Positions 48,371 to 58,900 of a DNA stretch of 60,266 nt are shown here, piece after piece. A model generated the notes under the pieces. That model was not told the DNA's origin. It made no database searches and saw only the letters and a list, made by a program, of their open reading frames with translations. A program made the translations under genes and the position numbers. Positions within the stretch are counted from its first letter, which is position 1. Every line of letters begins with the position of its first letter. Source of the DNA: an archaeon (GTDB lineage: Archaea > Nanobdellota > Nanobdellia > Woesearchaeales > GW2011-AR15); the NCBI GenBank assembly GCA_018671515.1, contig JABHHN010000047.1, forward strand, positions 1 through 60,266. The letters are read 5' to 3'.

Positions 48371-49840
48371 TTATCGTTTAATAAAATCTTGATAAATCTG
48401 TTCAAATGAATATTTCTGTAGATTAGAAACACCATTAAATATCCTCTTGGATGTGTTAGGCAATAATCTAATTATTTTATCGCTTATATTTTCACCTTCT
48501 TCAAGTTTTACTGCATATCCACTTGCAATTGCATTATCCATGTTCTTTACTTCATTATACCCACCAGGTTCAACTACAATTGATGGAAGTCCAAATACTG
48601 CACCTACATCTGGTTGTTCCCCAGGCATACAAATCATGACATGAGCATCATCCATCATCCTATATGACTGCATAATTTTTTTCTGTCTATTACCTTTACC
48701 TTCAGGAATATGTACTATTTGGATACCATCCATATTTAGATCATATTCTTCACTCACACTATTTCCTGATACTAAATCCAACATGTAACTTTGAGTTGCA
48801 AATATACTCAAATTAATACGACCATCATCTACATATGGTTGCATCTGACCAATATACTCTTTCATAGCTTCAGGATTCATTCCTGATCCTGATGGCATAA
48901 ATGTAACTTTGATAGGTGTTCCTTTAAATGTTCCAGTCTCATTACTATAATTTTGTATAATTTTTTCTATTTCTTTTTTTCTTCTTTGTCTTGATTCTTG
49001 TATATCAAAAGCATCTGCCAAAAGTGTTTTATTAGGTAAAGGTGTTCCATCATACCTAACCCCTCCTTCTTTAGACAAATAAGTAAAAAGCTCTTCTTTA
49101 TTTACTGGAAATTTTTTAAACCTTTCATTTTTTCCATAATCGTGATTCCCTTCAAAAGTAGATGAGAATATGACAAAATCAAAATTATTTTTCAACCTTA
49201 TTAATCCTGGTTTAGGAATTGTATCAGGTACATAAAGTCCTTTTTTTACTTTTTTATTCTGACCTGTTGAAATCAACATATTTTTTAATGCAATCATAGG
49301 TCTTTCATGAGCACCTAATACAGTTACAGGCAACCCGATTGCAGACATATAAGCTATTTTTGCTGCATAACTTCCTTCAATTAATATTTGCTCACCCATA
49401 TTTTGTATTTCTGACCATAACTTACCATCTTCTGCTCTTCCAGATAAAAATTTCAAGACATCATTTATTGACTTTACTTTTGAATCTTTTGATTTTTTAT
49501 GTGGTCCTCTTATCATCTTTTCTGAAATTGCATCTGTAATTGGATTCTGCCTATCACTAAATTCGGCAAAGACTAAAGTATTTTCATCTCCATTTTCTTC
49601 TAAAACTGCTTCAAGACCATCAGCTAAAGAATAAGCTGATTTAAGGTTTCCCAATCCAGTATCTATTGTTGGTATTGATACTATATTTGGTAATTCATCT
49701 AAATTTTTTTCACCAGAAATATATTTTTCAAGAAGGGAAACAGTCCTTTCTCCAGCATACAATATTCTATCTTCTTCTATTGCAAGCTTGTAATTTTCAA
49801 GGATTTTTTTAGTAAGAATCCTATTTACTAAGTTAGTCAT
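48371..49840 (-). CDS. Divergent GT-B glycosyltransferase (GT28 MurG/UgtP/MGDG-synthase-like)
   Basis: N-terminal DTGLGNLKSAYSL (cf. G.GH..AA.AL); C-terminal HVMICMPG...GLPSIVVEPGGYNEVKN..AIASG.A. Confidence 0.55.
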   Translation of the reverse strand: MTNLVNRILTKKILENYKLAIEEDRILYAGERTVSLLEKYISGEKNLDELPNIVSIPTIDTGLGNLKSAYSLADGLEAVLEENGDENTLVFAEFSDRQNPITDAISEKMIRGPHKKSKDSKVKSINDVLKFLSGRAEDGKLWSEIQNMGEQILIEGSYAAKIAYMSAIGLPVTVLGAHERPMIALKNMLISTGQNKKVKKGLYVPDTIPKPGLIRLKNNFDFVIFSSTFEGNHDYGKNERFKKFPVNKEELFTYLSKEGGVRYDGTPLPNKTLLADAFDIQESRQRRKKEIEKIIQNYSNETGTFKGTPIKVTFMPSGSGMNPEAMKEYIGQMQPYVDDGRINLSIFATQSYMLDLVSGNSVSEEYDLNMDGIQIVHIPEGKGNRQKKIMQSYRMMDDAHVMICMPGEQPDVGAVFGLPSIVVEPGGYNEVKNMDNAIASGYAVKLEEGENISDKIIRLLPNTSKRIFNGVSNLQKYSFEQIYQDFIKR

Positions 49841-49945
49841 ATTTTAAAAAAAGAAGGAGTTATTTATAATTATTACTATTTAGTAGTATATACTGTATTA
49901 TATTATTAAGAGATAACAGTTTTGGATGAGAGATTGTTATAAAAA

Positions 49946-50800
49946 TTATGCTTGTTCTAATTTAGGTTGATACGCATGTGCAATATATGCACCATTTGCT
50001 AAAATTGTTTTTGAAAACCCACCAATTTCTTGCATTTTTTCATTTTTTGTATCTTTTTGAAAATATGTATTAAAATGATCATGTAAATTACCTAATATTG
50101 TATGTTGTCTCCCATCTCCTGCTCCTACATAATCTGCAACTGCTAATGCCATAATATATCTTTCTCTTAATTCGCTTTTCGAACCAAAAAAGTCCTCTAC
50201 ATCCCTTGTATTAAAAAAATCAGGTTTTATTCTATCTTTTAACCAGTCTCTTGAATTTCTTTTCTCTACATATTCTTGTGTAAATATTGCTAATGCTGCT
50301 GCTGTAGCATATCTTGCAATTCTATTTGGTAAGACTTCTCCTTTTTGCCTTTGCCTCATATAACTATTTTTAGGATCTTCTTGTGCAAAATTATCAATAC
50401 AATTGTAAAATTTAGCCATATCATCTACATCAACACCTATAGCTACTCCAAGAGATATTGTTGCTGCCATTAAATCTTCATCATATGAAACTTTATGTGC
50501 ATTTGCATAAGAAGATAGTTTATTTCCATTATCTCTTACATGATTAAATTTTTCATATAAAAAAGTAAATAACTCGTCATCTATTTCTCCAAGTATACCT
50601 GTATTTTGATTAAATTCTGGAAGTACACTTTTAGCAAACATATACCCCATAGCCATTGTTGCTGCAACTTCATCTATACTCTCTACAGGAATTTCATTAT
50701 TTAATAAACCTGCAATTCTTTTTGATTCTTCAAAAAGTTCCAAAACTTTTGGTTCTAATGTTTTTATTTCATCTTCTAAAGGAGATATAGATGTATTCAT
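49946..50800 (-). CDS. Hypothetical all-helical protein
   Basis: 284-aa ATG ORF; no family recognised. Confidence 0.6.
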   Translation of the reverse strand: MNTSISPLEDEIKTLEPKVLELFEESKRIAGLLNNEIPVESIDEVAATMAMGYMFAKSVLPEFNQNTGILGEIDDELFTFLYEKFNHVRDNGNKLSSYANAHKVSYDEDLMAATISLGVAIGVDVDDMAKFYNCIDNFAQEDPKNSYMRQRQKGEVLPNRIARYATAAALAIFTQEYVEKRNSRDWLKDRIKPDFFNTRDVEDFFGSKSELRERYIMALAVADYVGAGDGRQHTILGNLHDHFNTYFQKDTKNEKMQEIGGFSKTILANGAYIAHAYQPKLEQA

Positions 50801-50938
50801 ATGACATAGTAATTTGAACCAATATTTAAATATTTGTTTAATTTAATTTCTAAATAGTAGTTACATACGTATTTTTCATCTCCACTGGACAACCTTACAC
50901 CATATATTTAAAAAAGAAATTTTCTTTCCATATGCTCT

Positions 50939-53749
50939 ATGCAAAATAATATCGTTATTAAAGGTGCTCGTGAACATAATTTAAAGAACATAAATATAAC
51001 TTTACCTAGAAATAAATTCATTGTAATAACTGGATTATCAGGTTCTGGTAAATCATCACTTGCTTTTGACACAATTTATGCAGAAGGTCAGAGAAGATAT
51101 GTTGAATCATTATCAGCTTATGCAAGACAGTTTCTTGAACTTATGGAAAAACCAGATGTTGATTCTATTGAAGGACTTTCCCCTGCAATATCAATTGAGC
51201 AAAAAACAACTTCAAGAAATCCAAGATCAACTGTTGGAACTGTTACAGAAATATATGATTATTTTAGACTTTTATTTGCAAGGATTGGAATTCCTCATTG
51301 TCCTAAATGTGATAAACAAATAAAACCACAGACATCTCAAGATATTGTAAAAAGTATAATTGAAAAGTTTGATGGAGAAAAAATAGTAGTTCTTGCACCA
51401 TTAGTTAGAGCAAAAAAAGGAACTTATGAAAAATTATACGAAGAATACCATAATAAAGGATATGCAAGGATGTGGACTAATGAAAATATTCATGACATAA
51501 AAGAAATTCCAACTCTTGAAAGATATAAAAAACATGATATCTCAGTTGTAATTGATAGATTAAAAGTGTCTGATAAAGAAATCAGCAGATTAACTGAATC
51601 TATTGAAAATGCACTAAAAGAATCCGAAGAAAAACTTGTACAAGTCTTAATAAAAGATACTGATAAAATTTCTATGTATTCTGCATCATATAGTTGTCCA
51701 GATCATCCTGAAATTAATATGGGTAATCTTGAACCAAGAATGTTTTCTTTCAATTCACCACATGGTGCATGTCCTGAATGCCATGGAATTGGTACAAAAA
51801 TGGAAATTGATCCTGATTTAGTAATTCCTGACAAATCTAAATCCATTTTTGAAGGAGCTATTGAAATCTATGGAAAAATGGATTTAACATGGAGATCACA
51901 ACAACTAAAAATAGTTGGGCGACGTCATGGATTTGAACTACACGAAGCTATTGAAGATTTTACAGAAAACCAATTAAATATTGTATTATATGGTTCTGAT
52001 GAACCTCTTCGTGGTGTGTGGAGTAATGGAGCAAATATGAATTTCGAAAATGGTTTTGAAGGTGTCATTCCACAAACTCTAAGATTATACAAACAAACTG
52101 ATTCAGAATATAGACGTCAAGTCATTGAAAAATTCATGAGAGAAAGATCTTGTGAAACTTGTAAAGGACTTAGATTAAAACCAATTACACTCTCTGTAAG
52201 AGTTTATGGGAAAAACATAACTGATGTCACTTCAATGTCAATAAGAAAAGCATTACTTTGGTTTTCTATGTTAAAATTAAATGAAACTGAAACTCAGATT
52301 GCAAGACAGGTTATGAAAGAAATCATTGAAAGATTAAGTTTCTTAAATTCCGTTGGTGTTGAATATCTTACACTTGATAGACGTGCTGGAACATTATCTG
52401 GTGGAGAAGCACAAAGAATAAGACTTGCAACTCAAATTGGATCAAATCTTACAGGAGTATTATATATTTTAGATGAACCATCAATTGGATTACATCAAAG
52501 AGATAATGATAAACTAATTGCAACATTAAAAAGACTAAGAGATCTTGGAAATACAATAATTGTTGTTGAACATGATGAAGAAACCATGGCAAAAGCAGAT
52601 CATATTGTTGATTTAGGTCCTGCTGCAGGTGTTCATGGTGGAGAAATTGTTGCACAAGGTAATATAAAAGATATAATGAAAAGCAAAAAGTCTCTTACAG
52701 GACAATATCTTTCTGGAAAATTAAAAATTGACACTCCAAAAGAAAGAAGAACTTCTGACAAATTCATTAATATTTACGGAGCAGAAGAAAATAATCTTAA
52801 AAATATTGATGTAAAAATACCACAAAATATACTAACATTAATTACAGGAGTATCTGGTTCAGGTAAATCTACTTTGATAAATGATACTTTATTTCAGACA
52901 CTTCACACTAGATTATACAGATCTCGTGAAAAACCAGGAAAATGTAAAGATATAACTTCTGACATCCCAATAGATAATGCAATTATTCTTGACCAGACAC
53001 CTATTGGTAAAACACCAAGAAGTAATCCTGCTACTTACACTAAATTATTTGATCCAATAAGACAACTATTTACCATGACTGAAGATTCAAAACTATTAGG
53101 ATTCAAAGCAGGACGATTTTCATTCAATGTTCCTGGAGGACGATGTGAAAATTGTAAAGGAGATGGATTGATTAAAATTGAAATGAATTTCCTTCCTGAT
53201 GTATATGTAAAATGTGAAGATTGCAAAGGTAAAAGGTATAATGCTCAGACATTAAAAATAAAGTACAAAGGAAAAAATATTGCAGATGTCCTTGATATGT
53301 CAATTGAAGAAGGATCTAAATTCTTTGAAAATATTCCTTCAATTAATAGAAAATTAAAAACACTTAATGATGTTGGATTAGGATATATGAAACTTGGACA
53401 ATCATCAACAACTCTTTCAGGTGGAGAAGCTCAAAGAATAAAAATTACACGTGAATTATCAAAAAAACAAAGTGGGCAGACTGTATATATTCTTGATGAA
53501 CCAACTACAGGTCTTCATTTTGAAGATATCAAAAAACTTCTTAATGTATTAAATAGATTAGTTGATAAAAATAATACAGTAATTCTAATTGAACATAATC
53601 TTGATGTTATAAAATCTGCAGATCATATAATCGATCTTGGACCAGAAGGTGGTGACGGTGGTGGAACAATAATCGCAGAAGGTTCGCCAAGTGATATTGC
53701 AAATGTAAAAGAAAGTTATACTGGGCAATATTTAAAGAAAGTTTTGTAG
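50939..53749 (+). CDS. uvrA: Excinuclease ABC subunit A
   Basis: GAREHNLKN, two GSGKSS/T plus LSGGEAQR sets, Zn-finger CPECHG...CETCKG, CENCKG...CEDCKG. Confidence 0.97.
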   Translation: MQNNIVIKGAREHNLKNINITLPRNKFIVITGLSGSGKSSLAFDTIYAEGQRRYVESLSAYARQFLELMEKPDVDSIEGLSPAISIEQKTTSRNPRSTVGTVTEIYDYFRLLFARIGIPHCPKCDKQIKPQTSQDIVKSIIEKFDGEKIVVLAPLVRAKKGTYEKLYEEYHNKGYARMWTNENIHDIKEIPTLERYKKHDISVVIDRLKVSDKEISRLTESIENALKESEEKLVQVLIKDTDKISMYSASYSCPDHPEINMGNLEPRMFSFNSPHGACPECHGIGTKMEIDPDLVIPDKSKSIFEGAIEIYGKMDLTWRSQQLKIVGRRHGFELHEAIEDFTENQLNIVLYGSDEPLRGVWSNGANMNFENGFEGVIPQTLRLYKQTDSEYRRQVIEKFMRERSCETCKGLRLKPITLSVRVYGKNITDVTSMSIRKALLWFSMLKLNETETQIARQVMKEIIERLSFLNSVGVEYLTLDRRAGTLSGGEAQRIRLATQIGSNLTGVLYILDEPSIGLHQRDNDKLIATLKRLRDLGNTIIVVEHDEETMAKADHIVDLGPAAGVHGGEIVAQGNIKDIMKSKKSLTGQYLSGKLKIDTPKERRTSDKFINIYGAEENNLKNIDVKIPQNILTLITGVSGSGKSTLINDTLFQTLHTRLYRSREKPGKCKDITSDIPIDNAIILDQTPIGKTPRSNPATYTKLFDPIRQLFTMTEDSKLLGFKAGRFSFNVPGGRCENCKGDGLIKIEMNFLPDVYVKCEDCKGKRYNAQTLKIKYKGKNIADVLDMSIEEGSKFFENIPSINRKLKTLNDVGLGYMKLGQSSTTLSGGEAQRIKITRELSKKQSGQTVYILDEPTTGLHFEDIKKLLNVLNRLVDKNNTVILIEHNLDVIKSADHIIDLGPEGGDGGGTIIAEGSPSDIANVKESYTGQYLKKVL

Positions 53750-53788
53750 AAAAAATATATAAACTAAAGTTTATTCCTATAAATTAAA

Positions 53789-54316
53789 ATGAACACACAT
53801 AAACTAAAATTTACATTACTTCAACAAGAAATCATTAATTTATTATCAATTAAAACTGGTACAAAATTAAACCAGAGAAGAATTTCTATCCTTCTAAAAG
53901 TTTCTCCTACTGCTGTATCAAAATCATTAATAAAATTAAAAAATCATAAAATAATTCAATTAGAAAAAGATAAATTTTCCAAAATTCTTTCAATATCTCT
54001 AAATTTTGAGAATCCCAAAGTTCAATATTTAAAAAGAATTGAAAATATAAAAATGATATATGAATCAGAATTAGCAGAATTTTTATATGAATCATTTCCG
54101 GGTTCAAGAATAATACTTTTTGGAAGCTATTCAAGAGGAGAAGACACTATAACTTCAGATGTTGATATTGCTATAGTTAAAAGCAAAGAAAAAAATATAA
54201 ATTTAATAAAATATGAAGAAATGTTAGAAAGAAAAATAAATTTAAATTTTTATAAAGATTTAAACAAACTAGACATAAATCTTAAAGCTAATATTGAAAG
54301 AGGAATTGATTTATGA
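53789..54316 (+). CDS. HTH + MNT-type nucleotidyltransferase (putative antitoxin)
   Basis: N-terminal HTH (NQRRISILLKVSPTAVSK); LFGSYSRGEDTITSDVDIAI. Confidence 0.85.
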   Translation: MNTHKLKFTLLQQEIINLLSIKTGTKLNQRRISILLKVSPTAVSKSLIKLKNHKIIQLEKDKFSKILSISLNFENPKVQYLKRIENIKMIYESELAEFLYESFPGSRIILFGSYSRGEDTITSDVDIAIVKSKEKNINLIKYEEMLERKINLNFYKDLNKLDINLKANIERGIDL

Positions 54317-54753
54317 TTCATATAAAAAAATTTGAAGATTATGTTAATGAAGGTATAATTAGAAAAGTAACATCTGATACTTTTAGATCAAAATCACTTA
54401 TTATTGATTCAAATAAAAGAAAAATATTTTTAGATGAAATAGAAAACAAAATAGGTGTTAAAGATGAAAATTCGAATTATTTTATTGAAAATTGTTATGA
54501 TATAATCATTCAATTATTAAGATCAAAACTTATTTTAAATGGGTATAAAGCATCAGGTCAAGGAGCTCATATTGCAGAAGTATCATATATGAAAAAGATA
54601 GGTTTTTTAGATGAAGATATGTATTTTATGAATGAATTAAGACATTTTAGAAATGGAATTAAATATTATGGCAAAAGATTTGATAAGGAATATGCTAATA
54701 AGACAATTAAATTCATGAAAAAATGTTCCAAATTTCTAGAAAATCAAAAATAA
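54313..54753 (+). CDS. HEPN-like partner protein (putative toxin)
   Basis: ATGA-coupled to the MNT gene; CYD.I..L...GY...GQGAH, ELRHFRNGIKYYG segments typical of archaeal MNT-associated HEPN-like proteins. Confidence 0.6.
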   Translation: MIHIKKFEDYVNEGIIRKVTSDTFRSKSLIIDSNKRKIFLDEIENKIGVKDENSNYFIENCYDIIIQLLRSKLILNGYKASGQGAHIAEVSYMKKIGFLDEDMYFMNELRHFRNGIKYYGKRFDKEYANKTIKFMKKCSKFLENQK

Positions 54754-54780
54754 TTAAACTTTCTAAGAAAAATTTATAAA

Positions 54781-54818
54781 TACACTTAATGTACACTTGA
54801 TATACACATCAAATACAC
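54781..54818 (+). promoter_or_regulatory. Four TACAC direct repeats at exact 11-bp spacing (candidate antitoxin operator)
   Basis: TACAC at 54781, 54792, 54803 and 54814, between a TTTATAAA TATA-like box and the GGTGA SD at 54821. Confidence 0.7.
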
Positions 54819-54830
54819 TAGGTGATAATT

Positions 54831-55082
54831 ATGATAAGTGCAAGAGTTAAATTAAATGATTATACAAACAAAGTACTAAATATGATTAAAATAAAGTATG
54901 ATTTGGACGACAAATCTCAGGCATTAAACAAGTTTGCAGATCTTTATGGTGAAGAAATTGTTGAAAAACAACCTAAAGATGAATATGTAAAAAAAATACT
55001 AAAAATTTGTGATGATGATATGAAAAAATATGGAAATAAAACTATGACTCTAAAAGAACTTGATGAATTATTTGAGGTCTAA
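54831..55082 (+). CDS. DUF2683-like antitoxin
   Basis: MISARVKLNDYTNKVLNMIK.KY.L.DKSQAL; upstream of a RelE-like gene; GGTGA SD favours ATG 54831. Confidence 0.7.
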   Translation: MISARVKLNDYTNKVLNMIKIKYDLDDKSQALNKFADLYGEEIVEKQPKDEYVKKILKICDDDMKKYGNKTMTLKELDELFEV

Positions 55083-55083
55083 A

Positions 55084-55356
55084 ATGTATGATTTTAGGCT
55101 AACCGATGAATTAAAAGTTAAAATTAGAAAATTAATTAAAAAAGACAAAAAAAAAGTTGAAATAATAAACAAAAAAATTAAAGAAATTATTAATAATGAT
55201 TCCATAACAATTAATAGATATAAAAATTTGAAATATGAATTAAAAGATTTAAAAAGAGTCCATATTGACAAACATTTTGTATTGGTTTTCAATGTTGAAA
55301 ATAAAAATAATCTTATAAGATTCATCAATTTTGATCATCATGATAATATTTATTAA
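55084..55356 (+). CDS. RelE/ParE/YafQ-like toxin
   Basis: Basic ~90-aa protein, YKNLKYELKDLKRVHID.HFVLVF...FINFDHHDNIY. Confidence 0.8.
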   Translation: MYDFRLTDELKVKIRKLIKKDKKKVEIINKKIKEIINNDSITINRYKNLKYELKDLKRVHIDKHFVLVFNVENKNNLIRFINFDHHDNIY

Positions 55357-55359
55357 AAA

Positions 55360-55861
55360 CTAATTCTTTAATGGATTCAATAAATCTATATTATCAATTA
55401 CATAAATTGAATTTATTTTGTCAAAATGATTTTTATATTTTATAGTATTTAATTCATCTTCCATTTTAACATCTGGTTTTCTATACCATACTGCATTCAT
55501 TCCTTTATCTGCTGCTGCAAGAACGTATCTTAATCTATCATCTACGTATAATATTTGAGAAGGTTTAAAATCTCTGTAAGGATCCTGATCCCAAAGATGA
55601 CCATCAGCTCTTGCAATTTCACTAGCTGGAAAATCATTGAAAGATTTGTATGCCGTTTTTTTATCACTCATATTTTGCAAGCCAAGTCCTAATTTATCAG
55701 GATCAACTTTTCTCATATATTCTTCTTTCATGAATTCATCTAAAGATAATCTAAGAGAATCAGTCTCCACAAGAACATCATCAATATCAAAATATACAAA
55801 TCTAATTCCTAATTTTTCAAAATCAATAGGAGCTGAAATTTATAGATTTGTATTTATTCAT
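55360..55861 (-). pseudogene. Short HAD-like protein with a 5' frameshift
   Basis: The frame upstream of the GTG at 55770 reads ISAPIDFEKLGIRFVYFDIDDVL (motif I) up to a TAA at 55842. The ATG at 55861 is one base out of frame. Motif IV ILYVDD present. Confidence 0.55.
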
Positions 55862-55995
55862 GCAATATTTTCTAAACCTAATATTTAAATACAAAAAAAG
55901 ATAGTAAATATATCTCTTTTTTTCAAAGAAATATTTAATATTCTCGGTCCATAAAATGAAAAGTTTTATAAACCAAAAACAAAATATGTTTACCT

Positions 55996-58900
55996 ATGAA
56001 ATACAACAAACCAATTCTTGGAATTTTTATGACAATGCTTTTATTAATCTCTGCATGTGGTGGTGATGGAACACCTGAAGAAATAATTGAAGAAAATGCT
56101 GCTAAAATAATTTCTACCTCTAATAAATTAATATCTATTGATGTAGGTACCGGATTTCAATTTCAAAGTCCAAGACCTGATTCAGAACAATATTGTAAAA
56201 ATTTTAGAGATAAATTAGAGATTATAGAAAATGAAAATATTAAAGATAATATGAATACATTCTATAATGATTTAGAAATACTTGATGCTTTTGTTGAAAA
56301 TAGTCCATATAATTCTATTGCTGCAAGATTTGGATCAATGGGTCTATTATCAAACGTCCCATTAGATGATACTGGTTATAAAATCATGCGTGATTTAATA
56401 ACTAATATGAAAAATGTAAATCCAGATTATCTTAAATTACAAGAAAATGGCAAGAGTGTTGGATTAGTTGTATGTGGTGATTCTAGAGTAAATTGTGTTA
56501 ATAATTTTATTCATAATGGTGAACAATGGATAATTTCTGAACAAAGAGCAATAGGTTCTCCAGGTGTTCTTTTCCCAGCTGAAGTAGATATTTCAATTAT
56601 CATGACTCATGGAAATACTTGTGCTGATACAGGTGGTTGTGGTGCACAAACAGCGTATGGTCAATTACGAGATAATGGTGCACAATTTTTAATAGATCAT
56701 GGTGTTCCTGACGTCACAGTAGACTGGCTTAGTGCTAATTTAGTAACTGATAACCCCTTTGATCAATCTGTACATTCAGCTATTATTTCTTCTAATGTAA
56801 ATAGTTTAGTACATGGTGGCGACAAAATTTCATTTTTCACATTTAATGAACATGGTACAAATAATATAATAATAAAAGGTGCTGCTTTTGCCGGAGATTT
56901 TGATAGAACAATACCTGGAGTAAATCAGTTACATCAAAATACAATAGTTGCTATGTTTAATACTGTTATTGATGCTACTGATGATATCAAAGCAATGGAT
57001 GCAATGGATGAATTATTTCGTTTATTAGAATCAGGTGAAGTATTATTAGATGAAGGTAGTAATATTTTAAAAACAAAAGATGGAAGAAAACTTATAAGTT
57101 TTTTAACACCTAAATATGATAGTTCAGTAGCTGGAAAAATGACTATTCATACTGTTGAATCATTAAAATCAGACCAAGCTTTTCTAAATGGAGTAAAACA
57201 ATTTAAAAATTTATTAATTGGTGAAGAAAAAATTGGAAGTATTATTAATTCTTTTAGACTTACACAAATGGGAGAACGTGTAAATTTTTTTAATAATGGA
57301 CTTGCTGTTATAAATAAAATGGCTGTTGCAGGACAAGCACCACTTCAAAACATTATTTATGCTACAAAAACTGGAAGACCTATTGGAGGTTCAGGAGGTA
57401 TTTTTGGTTCATACGCGGGAGAAAGTGGAAATTTTTTTAAAATAAGTATAAATTTAAATGGTTTAATACAATCAAATAGCGAAGGTTCTTATGCTTTGAA
57501 AACTGCTAGAATAGATACTATTAGAGCAGGTATACGTCAAGATCTTTATAACTATCTTAGTGCACATAATAAATGGTCAGATGTAACTTATCTTTTATCA
57601 GAAGATGCTGAAATATTAGGACTTTTAGTTGAAGAACATTTTAGCAATAAAAATATAATTGATTTTATAAATAATAAAGATAATTTTTACACCGTCATCG
57701 GACTTGTAGATGAACAAACTGGATTAATAAAAAACGCAAAAATAGTCCAAGTTATAGCTGATGGAGAAGATGCTCAAAAAATAGCCAAACAAGTTGGTGG
57801 AATTGTAAAAATTATTGAAGGTACTGAATTAGTTGAAAGTGAAATAAAATTAAATGGAATTGCCAAATTATTTGAATATTTCCCTGATGGAACTGTTAAA
57901 GCAATATATAGAATAAGAACATCACCTCTAGGAAAAGGTGTTTCTAACATTTTATCTATAATTTCAAAAAGCAAAATTGGAAATTTTGGAAAAGGTGTTT
58001 TTAATGGTTTTATAAAATTACAACCACTCTGGGATACTATGTTTGCACTACATTTAGATCATATATATACCGAAGGGAAAGATTATATTCATTTATATGA
58101 TGAATCTAAAATTTGGAATGCACAAAATATAAACCTTGAATTAGAAGTAAATAATGAAAATAATAGAAAATTCCCTAAATATTATAGTTCAGATGAATAT
58201 ATGGATATTTTAAAAAATTCTCCAAATGGTGCCCTTGATCCATACATGTATAATGGAAAATTTCATCAAGCAATTTCAAATGACATCTTATTTGAATCAT
58301 ATGTAAATGGTGCTTATAGTTTACTTTCAAGACTTGACTTAACTAATTTTCAAATTACCATAGAGAATTATTGGTCTTGGGTAGGATGTATAGTTCCAAA
58401 TAGTGAATGTTTAAAAATTGAAGGAAATACTTTTGATAGTTGTGTTCAAAGTTGTATGGATACTCTTATTTCTAAAGGACCTACAGTATTATCAAAAGAA
58501 ATTGTATTGAGTTATATTGATGGAAGTATATATAATAAAAATGAAGGTGAAAAACCCTATGAAAGAAGAAAATTTGCAACACCTTTAATTTTTTTACCTA
58601 CTGATTATGAACATAATAAATTCTATGAAATCTCATTACCTAGTGATGATTCTGATTTTATAAATGAAAAACAAAGAGTTAGAAATATATTTGCAAGTGG
58701 TGATGAGGCTGCACCTATGATTGTTTTTAACAAAATGAATGGAGAGTATGTAATGCCTTGTACTGATAGTCAAATGATTGTTCCAATAAGAGCAGTAAAT
58801 CCAGCTATAAACTTTGTTGATAATGAAGGTAAAAAAAATGCAAATGGAGTAATTTATTATATATCTGTTTTTTCTAGTGAAAATGATGACAGAATTCATT

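Noticed and set aside
49870-49900. TACTA-TT-TAGTA and AGTATATACT palindromes between 48371..49840 and 49946..50800
   Set aside because: Low-complexity AT palindromes with spacing different from the 28256 site; not distinguishable from background.
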